A DNA stretch of 62,205 bases, filler included, from Choristocarpus tenellus KU-1152 (Eukaryota > Protista > Phaeophyceae), in assembly GCA_964200185.2 (NCBI GenBank). It is 11 parts of 11 records of this genome, joined end to end, with 100 filler letters (N's around TTAATTAATTAA, not from the genome) between each part and the next. Parts side by side here need not be neighbours in the genome. Positions count along the whole stretch, not along the records: positions 1 to 3,289 come from CAXNAD020021004.1; positions 3,390 to 7,090 come from CAXNAD020018430.1; positions 7,191 to 18,443 come from CAXNAD020002424.1; 8 more parts are not named here. One strand, given 5' to 3'. A program made the position numbers and the translations under genes. This document shows, piece after piece, positions 1 through 10,895 of the stretch (positions within the stretch are counted from its first letter, which is position 1; each line of letters opens with the position of its first letter). The notes under the pieces were generated by a model. That model ran no database searches and was not told where the DNA came from. It saw only the letters and a list, made by a program, of their open reading frames with translations.

Positions 1-1611
1 CCCACCCCTGAACATTGGCCAGTGCAGAGGTGCACTTCAAATTTCAGTTATATCTTCTTTGATGAAAAGAATTGGCTGACTGGGGTATTGCAAGTATGTG
101 TTGTCTCTTGTTTGGGTTTTTGGAATAGTCTGGTCTTTGGAGGAGGGAGGAGACAAGCAGAGGGATGGAAGAGGTTTTTGTTGTACCATTTGCTACATCA
201 AGATGTCACCTCTCCATTTTGTGTGCTGGAATAGATTTTTTTCTGATCTTGAGGGTAGAGATATTTTTTATACCTCACCTACGCTTTGCCTTGCAATACT
301 TGGAGCATGGTACGTCAGTGAACTTGTGCTCTCACATCCCCAATGCGGATGGTGGGCAGGGCTGCAGGGAAGAGGGTGTTATAGTTTGAGGGGAGGGTTA
401 GAGAGAGGTTGGGCAGGAGGACTGGCGAGATGAGGAAGATGAACATAAGACATGGAGTAAGAGAAGAATGCAACAGACTGAGAGAGGCTTGTCACTCTTG
501 TGTGTCCACTTGAGCCCCTGCCCACATTCTTTTTATTTTTTACCTATCACATGACTTCCTGCCAACGTCAATTTTGTGAAGTGAAGGCTAATGGAGATGG
601 GATGGGTCAAAGCATATGGAAAATATATAAGTGATTTTTGACCTGTTACTGAATGTTGTGCTTGAGGAAAGGGTGTGTGTGTATCTGTGGCCTGGTTGGG
701 GTGAGGGGTGAGGGGTTGAACTCGTGGGAGTTCTTAGATGCTTCTAGATCTGGCGTTGCTTGTTCAATGTTCAATGTGTTTGTTTTGACTGTTCAAACGC
801 TTTTTAGTGGGAGGTTCTATTAATAAGAAGGTTTGCCTGCAGTGCAAACATCGTAAGAGATATTGCTGTGAGGCGTTCTTTACTCACAGATGCTGGATCC
901 CACCACATGTGATATTGCAAGTGGTTTCCTTGGTTTTGATTTGAGCAAATGCTATCATGGAGAAAGGGAGGATTTGTTTTTGAACTTTTTTGAGCAGTCA
1001 AGACTTTTCAAAGCTTCAGCCTGATATGATAACCTATTCCCATGCCACAAATGAAGCTAACACTATAACCTCAACGAGACCGTTTCTGTAATAAATGCTA
1101 TGAATTTTTTTCCCCTGTATGCAGGAGATCACCCTCCCTCTTCAAAAGGATAGCTGTGTAGGACCCATTTGCTGAGATTTTAAACATTTTAAATCCTAGG
1201 TTAAAGTTGTGGGGCAGGTAACACATAATACTTCTATTTGATGAGTCATTTAAGTGCCTTTTAGTTCATGAACTAGAAAAATTCTGTTGTAGAGGATTCT
1301 GTGATAGTTGCGATCTCCTTAAAGCACTGTGTGAATTTTGCCATGCCCAGACTACAACTGATACGAACACATGCTGGGTTATTATTTAATTCTTTGATGC
1401 GAACGTCGGTCAAGGTCACAAAACACTTCGAAAAACATTTTGGTGCCAACGTAATGCTCATAGTTACCCAACAAAGGATGGTTGAATTCAGAGTTGCTCG
1501 TCGAAACCCAGTGACAATTCCCTACCAAAATATCTTTTTAGATATTCCGTGCTTCAAGAGGGCATTTAGAAAAGAAAATTCTCATTGCATGCTAGGTTGA
1601 ATCAGTTGTGG

Positions 1612-1710
1612 ATGAGACGAGGCGCAGTGTAGAATCGCGTCGTGCACATGCGCGTGCAATTTGTTACTCATGAGACGAGGTGCAGTGTAGAACCGTGTCG
1701 CGCGTGCAAT
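1612..1710. repeat. Imperfect tandem duplication (~58-bp period)
   Basis: ATGAGACGAGG(C/T)GCAGTGTAGAA(T/C)CG(C/T)GTCG...GCGCGTGCAAT occurs twice in succession. Confidence 0.75.
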
Positions 1711-2139
1711 GTTGGAAATTTAAAGACCGATGAAGAACGCTGTGTATTGTCCTAGATTACCTGCACGATAGTAGTGTTGTTAGCCGAAGTAGATGACAGG
1801 CACCCACGCTAGCGTTTGCATTTAAAGTCAGATTTCTACTCCTGTGGCATTTAACACATATTTCTATGGATGGATGGAGTGACAAGTTGATTTTGAGAGT
1901 GCTTGTTAATTATTTGAAAATTCTCGACAGAATTCAGAAGATGTCCTGCAAACGTTTGTAGTAAAGACCGAATTTGGACACATTTTTGAGGATCCTTAAT
2001 AAGATGGGGCACTGAATACTCTTCTCGTTTAGTTTGACTCTGCTGCAATGACTGATGCTTCAGAAGTGTGATTTTAAGGTCAGATGGGGAAGGAAGACTG
2101 GACTGGAACTGAATAGACACGTGTCATTCTTGATTCGAT

Positions 2140-2228
2140 TGACTCGTAAGTGCAAAGAGCCGAATTTTGCACTTTTGGGTCAGTGTCCTTAAAATGCAAC
2201 TCTGGGTACCTCTCGTTTGCTTTGACTC
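2140..2228 (-). mobile_element. Terminal fragment of longer GAG-ended (Sola2-like) element
   Basis: Reverse complement GAGTCAAAGCAAACGAGAGGTACCCAGAGTTGCATTTTAAGGA...TTCGGCT aligns by eye with 56728-56800 and 16785-16860. Confidence 0.55.
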
Positions 2229-2238
2229 ACTTGGGGAG

Positions 2239-2470
2239 GAGTCAACGTATCTTAGAGGGTAGAGCCGTGTCCATTTGGGGGTCAAAATAAAATGTTGCGA
2301 TTTTGATGTAGTTCTGGCTATCATGTTTGTTAGCAAGTGTCAATATCCTTGTTCCGGACACACGTTTTCATAGTCTCACACATGATATACATACTCCTAT
2401 ACATTTTACCTACTCCAAAACATTTTGGAGTAGGAAACTAGCCCCAAACGGACAAACAGGGCAAAACTTT
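2239..2470 (-). mobile_element. Truncated copy of ~260-bp Sola2-like MITE
   Basis: Starts GAGTCAACGTATCTTAGAGGGTAGAG (family TIR) and carries the family internal hairpin CCTACTCCAAAACATTTTGGAGTAGG and GCCCCAAACGGACAAACAGGGCAAAA. The other end is lost. Confidence 0.75.
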
Positions 2471-2708
2471 GTGACCGTCAACGGCAAGTGGTCTGAGAAT
2501 TCTCAAGAATTCTCTGTGTTTGATGTGGATGGGAACATCACCAATGACCAAAAAATGTGCGCGCAATGTACTTGTGTTTGCGCGCGGATGTGGATTGGAC
2601 TGAGATCAGCTCCCAAAGGGACCACCTGTCCGTCACAGTCATTCAATTTTACTAATTGTCTCAATTTGGAGGGCTTACTGCCATAGTTGGAGAAAGTTTT
2701 TACTAACA

Positions 2709-2832
2709 ATGTGACGAATGGTAAACGGGTAGAGGGCATCGTCAGAGAGCATAATAATATATGTGATGAATGGTAAACGGGTAGAGGGCATCGTCAGAGA
2801 GCATAATAATATATGTGATGAATGGTAAACGG
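2709..2832. repeat. 52-bp tandem repeat, ~2.4 copies
   Basis: ATGTGA(C/T)GAATGGTAAACGGGTAGAGGGCATCGTCAGAGAGCATAATAATAT starts at 2709, 2761 and (partial) 2813. Confidence 0.9.
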
Positions 2833-2920
2833 TACTTCCCTTCCATTTTTGTCAACCCATACCGGTAATAACTATGCAACAACGGGTGTATTGTAGCTGA
2901 GAATATTTCCTTCATTATTA

Positions 2921-3032
2921 ACAGCCGATTTGAAAAATTGAGGATGAGCTTGACCCAAATTTGACTGGGATAAAGAGTCGATATGTTTAAAAAAAAAATG
3001 ATGCTCCATCCTCAATTTTTGAAATCGGCTGT
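2921..3032. mobile_element. 112-bp MITE with ~29-bp TIRs and TTA TSD (PIF/Harbinger-Tourist-like)
   Basis: TTA|ACAGCCGATTTGAAAAATTGAGGATGAGC ... GCTCCATCCTCAATTTTTGAAATCGGCTGT|TTA. Confidence 0.75.
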
Positions 3033-3232
3033 TTAATGTTATTACTGTGAACGTTTCACCTGACTTGGTCAAGAATACACACCCTCCTTTGTAGTCGCGA
3101 CCCCTCTTTGATTTCTTGTTCCGCAGAGATTGATTGGTCCACTCGATCAAGCGCGAGTCACCCTCTCGACACACGGCAATCACCAGCGTGTTTTTTTTTT
3201 CATTTCTTTTTCCTTTTTTTCTTCTACAGTGA

Positions 3233-3289
3233 ACAGGGGATCCTCAAAATTGAGGATGGCGCGGGACTATGAGGATGGTTGTTTTGCGA
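3233..3289 (+). mobile_element. End of ACAG-terminal TIR element running into contig break
   Basis: TGA|ACAGGGGATCCTCAAAATTGAGGATGGCGCGGGACTATGAGG is the exact reverse complement of 50284-50325. Confidence 0.7.
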
Positions 3290-3389
3290 NNNNNNNNNNN
3301 NNNNNNNNNNNNNNNNNNNNNNNNNNNNNNNNNTTAATTAATTAANNNNNNNNNNNNNNNNNNNNNNNNNNNNNNNNNNNNNNNNNNNN
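3290..3389. other. Artificial contig spacer (44N-TTAATTAATTAA-44N)
   Basis: Stop-in-six-frames linker. Identical spacers at 7091-7190, 18444-18543, 21505-21604, 27221-27320, 32421-32520, 47157-47256, 50184-50283, 53546-53645 and 59051-59150. Confidence 0.98.
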
Positions 3390-4206
3390 TTTGTTTTTCA
3401 AGCACTGACTCCCCCCCCCCCCCCACATCCCCTGTTTCTAATTTAGTTGTTGAGGATATTTGATTGACCCTGGGAGTCATGTTGCATTTTTTTGCACCTG
3501 AATTACTCTGCTTTTGTGTGTGATATTATCCTTTACTTACCTCGTAGCGCTCTGAAGAACTGTGAAGATGTTCTGGGGCATCTTGGGCGTCGTTGTCTCT
3601 GTTTCAACTCTTGTATGTTTCTTTTACCAAAGCAGTACACACCTCGTATTACCCACCCTCAACTCAAGACTCTTGGACCATGAGTATCTTGCAATTGATT
3701 TTTGAGTACCTCCCCCGAATGGACAATGGTACAACGTAATACTTCTTTCAAAAATCAATTTATAGATTCTTGTTTATTTTTTATTTTGTTTTTCTCGTGA
3801 GATGCCTTTTTTTTTTTAGATATAGATTTGGACAAGTTGGTGCATGGTGGCACATGGTCCATAGCCTCGCAAGCCAAGGTAGTGTGCCTAGAGTGTCTCT
3901 TTGTCAGGTAGTTCAGGACTTCCTTGCCTTCCTGAGTTATCTATCGCAGCTGTCAGTGGTGGGTGACTACACAAGAGTGCATCATAGTACTAAATGAACA
4001 GGTACCTTCACACCCAGGCTTCCAAGTCTTCAAGTAATGGCATGACAGATCCACACCAGCATTCAACATCACCATGCCCTGCCCTGCCCTGCCAGTCACA
4101 TTTCATTGCTTACCCTCACATCCGATGATCCATGGAAAAATTCTGCTCTGTCCCTTCCCCCCTCCCCCCATCCCCCCTTCTCCTAGACCCGAGGCCCTTA
4201 CGGCAG

Positions 4207-5393
4207 GTGGATGAGTGGGCAGACTACTTGATGTGGAATAGCCTCAAGGAAGAATGCCTGCATGACTTTGAGGGGTCGGTTTCAGAGGACCTGGCTGCTG
4301 CCTTCCGACGTTCGGGGAGCGTGGAAGAAGAAGAGGTACAGTTTATGTTTTGCTACGTTAAACCTTTTTTCAACGTTTTGCCAGTTTGTCGATGGTGTCG
4401 AAAAGCCGGTCTGATCAAAAGTCCTAAAGTCGGTGCTTCTTTTGAGTTTTAACTCAACTCATGCTGTAGTCATGGAGAGCCGTGTCTGTTGTCTTGAGTA
4501 AATCTTTCTTGAGAGGTGGTGGGAGTGGTGTTGGTGTGTAGAGGTGAAACTTGATTAATGTGCACTTCACTTTCTTTTTTTTGCATAGATAGTGCGATTG
4601 GACTCCTGGCATTCGATTGGTCCTCTGGGTTGTTCAACCCAATGCAGGGCCACAGGTAGTTCCAAGGTCTTCCAAAAAAAAGGGGCATGAAACATCAAAC
4701 TCGTGTATTTTTATTTGCAGTTTTTTTTTTTAATTTTTTAGTTTATGTACACTCTATGGTATTGCTTCTTTTTTTTGTTGTTGTTTGATTCTTAAGTAAC
4801 GTTGTGCCATGGTTGTAAAAAATAAATGTAATATGGTGTTGAAGCTCGGGCTACTTGATCATCCATCCTAAGGATGCAACGAGTTGAGTTTAGGTGGTGT
4901 ACAGGCACTACACGACAGTAGTAGTACCATTAGAGGTAGCCTCTAGGCTGAGGTAAAACACGTCCGTCAGACAATTTCTGCTTGCTATGTAGTTGGCTCT
5001 GTAGTTGGCTCTGTAGTTTTGTGGCTATCATCGATGAGGGGGAAGGGTGAGGATGCGGCAATGGATTGATGTGGGTTCGGGGATGGTGTGTGGTCTGGAA
5101 CGTAGACCTGGTGTTAAGTTTATAGAGGAGAAAATATGTGTTTACTGTGGAATGTGATTGTTGACGGTGGCAACATCGAAACATTTCAGCCGCAGTGTCT
5201 CGTTTTAGTCACCTTTTTGTGTAAATATATATTTTCCCACCTTTTTCACCCCCCCCCCCCCCCCCCCCACCAATCAAAATCAACAAAAAACAAAAAAAGA
5301 AAAACAGGGAAAGAANNNNNNNNNNTTCACTTTTGATTTCGGCCTTTTTTTTATAAATAAGTCTCAACCTCTCCCTCAAACCACACAAACAAA

Positions 5394-5429
<36 letters not shown>

Positions 5430-6266
5430 TACCGGGACTGTTTCTCAGATGTCTTTCTTTCATTGAATGTGAATTGAAGGGCGTGCATGAGAAGTGATAG
5501 ATAACTCACACATCATTGCCGTATGTACGCTTGTTTCCCTTGGATGGGCAGGTGGAGGATGTGGCCAGCGGCACTGCGGCGCAGGCTAGGGCGGGTCTCG
5601 AACGGACGCTTGCTGCTTTTTGGACCTTTGGGTGAGTATCTTGTACTGCAGTGGGGGGGGAAGGGGGTGAAAGGGGTTTGGGGGGGGGGGGGGGGGGGGG
5701 GGGGGAAAGAATTGTGCTGGTGTGTTTGGGTGGGGGCTTTGTTGTNNNNNNNNNNTGTGGGGGGGGGGTGGGGGGTGGGGGGGGGGGGGGGGGGGGGTGG
5801 TGGGGGGTGTTGGGTTGGGGGGGGGGGGGGAGGGGGTGACAGAATTGTGCTGATGTGCTTGTGTGTGGTCCTTGTTGTTCACAGAGAAGGGAGACATGTG
5901 TTAGAGAAAGGTGGTTTTTGTATTAGATGGAGTGGCGATCCTTTCAGTGGGTGTTGGGGGGAGGGTGTTGATGCGTATGGTCCGCATCTCTTCAACAGCG
6001 GATGGTGATTTGAATTATTGAATGATCGCAAAGACATGTGTTGCTTGATGAGTGTCCCCCCCTGATATCTATATCGATGTATTGCTAATTCATTGAGGTA
6101 AGCAAGCACTCTGCTGTATGAAAAACGTTATTCTGTTATTCTGTTATTCTGTGCAGGTACCGGTGGAGGAAGTCTTACAAGGACATGACGGACAATGAAA
6201 TACTGTTGCACCTTGAGACCGCGATGGACTGGTCCGGGAAAGACTCCGATCCTTCCAGCTGTGTAT
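4207..6266 (+). CDS. Internal exons of an unidentified multi-exon protein gene (partial)
   Basis: Exons 4207-4335, 5552-5631 and 6157-6266 each have a CAG acceptor and GT donor (GTACAG, GTGAGT, GTGAGT). Phases join 0/2 into one open frame: VDEWADYLMWNSLKEECLHDFEGSVSEDLAAAFRRSGSVEEEEVEDVASGTAAQARAGLERTLAAFWTFGYRWRKSYKDMTDNEILLHLETAMDWSGKDSDPSSCV. Confidence 0.7.
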
Positions 6267-8076
6267 GTGAGTTTTTTTTCTTTTTCTCTTTCTTTTTGTG
6301 GTCTTTTGTTTTTTGTTTTGTTTGGTGTGGGTATGGTAGAGGGGAGATTGTGTGCTAGGTCTTTGTGGCATGAGGTTAGGATTGGGGCTGGGGGTGGGGG
6401 GGAAGTTCTTTCGAGACGAGGCTTGTTTGATGGTGCATGTGCTATTTTGTGACATAGTATGTCAATGGGTATGGAGTGGATGCTTTTCTGTGGGGTCTCG
6501 ATCTGTCACGTGAAATCTGGTGTGTGTGTGTGTGTGTGTGTGTGTTTTTTTGTTTTTGTTTTTTTTTTATCCTTTTTGATCCTTTTTGTGTGTACGCGTG
6601 AAAACTCTTTCAAGAACGTAAGACGAGTTATTATTTTTTAATTTTTACTCCAAGTGTGAACTGCGGAGTCCTAGAAAGCGGCGGATTATTTATTTTTTAT
6701 TTCTTAACGTTGCCTTTGCGATTGGTGTCCCGCGTCCAGACAACCTCTGTATAGTCCAGTAAATGCTTCTTTTACTGTTGCGCTTTCATATTTTTTTGTT
6801 TTGTTGTGTGACTTGAGGGTTAGGGCTAGGTCGCTTTTGAATTTTTTGGTGTGAGGGAAAGTATCGCCCGTGACTGGTGACTCATGTAGTGGGGTGAATG
6901 TGCCCGATATATACATACATATATATATATATACATATTATACAGGGTTTGAATACATCACACATATTTCTTCCATTTCCTGCCATAACCTTCTGTGCAT
7001 TAATAGTCATTCCCCCTCACACCCCTCCTTTTTATGTGGTTGGTCTGTCACCTCCTTTTTGTTGCATGCCATGCACAATGGGGGGGCGGGNNNNNNNNNN
7101 NNNNNNNNNNNNNNNNNNNNNNNNNNNNNNNNNNTTAATTAATTAANNNNNNNNNNNNNNNNNNNNNNNNNNNNNNNNNNNNNNNNNNNNTATATGATGG
7201 GGGGAGATGAGAACCACCAGAGATGAGGTTCAGAAAGGAAGTGAGAGATGAGACTGCTAGGTGCATGTTGACAGTCCCTTAGTGGCATGTGGATCAATCT
7301 TCACAGTGATAGACTGTGACTAGTCAGAACAGAAAACATAATCTCAACCTTTGGTGGTTTCAATCTACCTTTCATATACAGATTACCACGAGCAGGTCGT
7401 ACTTCTGACCTACACCACATCATTTCACATACCTTCAATGGGAAAAGGTGACGCGCGCGAATGTATATGTCCAGGCATATTATCCTCACGTCAAAAAACG
7501 CCATGTCAATAAAAGCAACCTACACTTGACATACATATAAAACACTCCATTTTTCAAGATCTTCACATTTCTTCAGTCACCAATTTTATTATTGTGCTTT
7601 ATCACGATTTGTGTATGTGTCATATGAAAAACTAATGACAATCAATTATTGTTTATTTTAAAGTTGAGTGGATGAACAACAGATGTGTCTAAAGAAAATA
7701 GAAGTATACTTCTGAGGTGTTTGGGTTGTGTTATATGCATACGATACGATAATATATCAACATCGCGATAAAATCATATATCACCATCTCCAAAAAAATA
7801 ATGTGGAACTTTTTATATTTTTTTGTCGTGACGCCAAACCTTCACTAATGACACCATCACACCTTGGAATAGGAACGTAGAGCGTGTGTTATTCACACTC
7901 TTACTGTCGGCTCAGCGCACCATTTCATCTGCTTGAGACAAGAAAGTGATATTGAAATCCCTTATAGGATTAAGGGTGTGGTGCAAAAATTGTGGTAGTC
8001 TTCCTTCCTACCAAACCTCTGCAGGACATTGGAAGGTGTCCAAGGCAGTACGTCCAGGAACAGGAAAGAGGAAGTC

Positions 8077-10895
8077 ATGGCATCTGATGCTACTGATGTT
8101 GTTCTCAAGGGTCGATCGATGACTTTGAACCCGATCACCTTAGTGAAGGAAGGCGTCGAGACGGTGGTATACCACTGGAAGAACAAGAATATCAACTGGC
8201 CCATGGCGATATACATCACGCTCGTCCACATCGCCGCTGTCGTTGGCTTGACAACCGTAACATCCTGCATGTGGCAGACCCAGCTCCTTGCCTTTGTTCT
8301 CTGGCCCATTACGTGAGTTATACGATCCCTCGCCTGAAGTACGCTCAGGATGCCCCAGTGCTCAACTCCCCTCCCCAGTCATACATTCTGTAAAGTGAAT
8401 AGGCTCCATGACCCTTTCTATGTCTTCATTTGTTAACCAGTTTCCGGTTGGGTTTTAGTTGTCACTACAGTCACGTTGTCAATCCATCAATCCTTTGGGA
8501 TGAAAAAAAAAAAATTGTGTTGAACTCACATTCCCACAGAGCATTCCAGCATCTCACAGACATTTTTGCGAACCCGATGTTCCTATTGCTCTCGATATGA
8601 CAGTGGATTGGGGATAACTGGAGGTGTACACCGTCTCTGGGCGCACCGCTCGTACGACGCGCACTGGACAGTACGAGTCTTCCTAATGCTGATCAACTCT
8701 ATGGCGAACCAGGGCTCCATTTATCACTGGTCCCGTGACCACCGTGTGCACCACAAGCACTCGGAACTCGATGCTGACCCTCACAACGCAACGCGCGGAT
8801 TCTTTTTCGCGCACATGGGGTGGCTGTATGTAAAGAAGCACCCGGAGGTGAGTTTTTTTCATGTGAAGCGGAGGTGGACATGGATTGAAAGGGCCCACCT
8901 GTTTTATTTTCAAGAATCTTCTCATCCAGAGGTGACGAGGCAGGACTCTCGTTCAATTGCTTGTTCCCATGTATTCTTCAGGATGGTGTAAATATTATTG
9001 AGTTCACTGACGCAGGAAAAATCTGCAGAGTGTAGCCCTACAGGTTGAAGTTGACTAAGGACATCTTGTGGAGCGTCACTTGACCAAATTTCCGGTCTTA
9101 CGCTTATAGATTTCACAGTTTGCATAATTCTTCAATTATCTGTAGGTGTGGATTATGCACAATCTATAGTGCTGTTGTGGTTGGTGTAAAGAGGGGGACT
9201 CACTCGATTGTGATTTACCAAGTACAGCACCTCCATCTTTTATATTGGCAGGTTGAGTGCTGATGTCACGCTGGATGATTTTTCTGACTTGTTCTAAACT
9301 ACCCATTTTCAGTCCTTTTCGTACTCCACACTGCTTTACTGCAGAATTTGGCAACTTCCCATACTTTGACCATCAAATTTTGTTTTGGTCAATATTGTTG
9401 AGCCAGTTTTGACCGGTTCATTGTTGTATTGTGTTTATATCCGTTTGTACCTCTGTGTATCCAGCGTATGCACACAAGTGAAGATTTACGCCCGATCAGT
9501 TTATTGCTTTCCCCCACGTACATGAAAAAGCACTTGGAGTCAGGTAGAAGAGGGAGTGTGCATGTTGCGGATAAGTACATGGTGTGATCTCCATGTGCAA
9601 CGGGCATGGTGAGGCAAGAGACTTGCTTGGGTGAATTGCAGATGCGCAAATTGTAATGAAGAAACCATGTCTGTTGAAACCGCGATTCATATCGTACCCA
9701 TGAACATACACTGACCTTGCCTCTCAGCAGGCATACTAGCACACACCCCTCTCCCTTTGTCAACAGTAGGGTAATGAAATGCCTACATTTTTGTGTGTGA
9801 GACATGCTGCACACCTTTTGTTGTTCAAACATTTGACCCCATTGGTGGGCACCCCTCAATGGCAGGTAATCAAAGCTGGCCGTACCTTGAGCTACACAGA
9901 CCTTGAGGCAGACCCAGTAGTGATGTTCCAGGACAAGCTGGACCCATGGTTTGCACTCTTTATGTGTTTTGGTCTCCCAGCCATCATCGCAAGCAAGGGG
10001 TGGGGAGAGGACCCCTGGAACGCCTTTTGGGTGGCAGGTGCACTTCGCTACTGTGTAGTCCTTCACTTCACATGGTTGGTCAACTCCGCAGCACACATGT
10101 TTGGTGACCACCCTTACGACCATGCTTCATGGCCTTCAGAGAACCCATTTGTGTCGGTTTGCGCCATCGGTGAGGGATGGCACAACTGGTGAGTTTTTTT
10201 TTGTGTGTGTGTGTCTGTGTCTGTGTGTGTGGTGCCCTAGATGAGCAAAGTTCCAGGGGGTGCTTGGATGGTGAAGACTGATCTGCAATACCTCTAGGTG
10301 TACACGGACAGAGTATCCGTGGGTGGAGGTATCCTTGCGGGTGTGCAAGTGGAACATTTTATTTTAATGTTGCAGAACAAGCATATAATGTAACCTTGAG
10401 AATTGACTCTGGAGGGACACATTTGTAGATTTTTACACACCAGCAAGAAGTGATGACTTGGCATGAGGGGGACATGCCTAACTTTGGACCAACATATGCA
10501 CCACTGTGCATTACAGTCAACATGCAGTGCTCAAAACAGTTTCCGACTCTGCTATGCAGTCGCAAGTGTCCCTCCTATTCTAAACCCTGATGCTTGGACC
10601 TTTGACTTACACATCTCTTGCTGCCACACCCACAAAAAAAATGCCTTCTGTTAGGCACCACAAGTACCCCTTTGACTATGCGGCTTCTGAATTTGGAGTG
10701 TTCACCCAGTTCAACCCTACAAAGCTATTCATTGATAGCATGGCTAAGTTGGGGTTGGTCACCAACAGGAAGCGTGCCCTTGGGGCGTGGTCAAAGCTTA
10801 AGGAAAGGCGTGATAAGGAGGAAAAAGAGAGTGGCAAATCTGAAAAGCCTGTGGCAATGACCGAGGTCTCAGCAAGCAAGGAAAAGAGTCAGTGA
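8077..10895 (+). CDS. Delta-9 fatty acid (stearoyl/acyl-CoA type) desaturase, 4 exons, ~347 aa
   Basis: Exons 8077-8312, 8604-8847, 9866-10188 and 10655-10895, all GT-AG with phases consistent (1044 nt). Three His boxes HRLWAH, HRVHH and HNWHH (the last spans exons 3/4). Also GITGG, DADPHNATRGFFFAHMGW, TWLVNSAAHMFG, GEGWHN and HKYPFDY...FNPTKLFID motifs of the OLE1/SCD/DesC family. Confidence 0.95.

Noticed and set aside
5240-5840. Poly-G/poly-C tracts giving Gly- or Pro-rich ORFs (extensin-like, G-quadruplex-like)
   Set aside because: Intronic homopolymers beside 10-N gaps with unreliable base calls. They lie in introns of the 4207-6266 gene.
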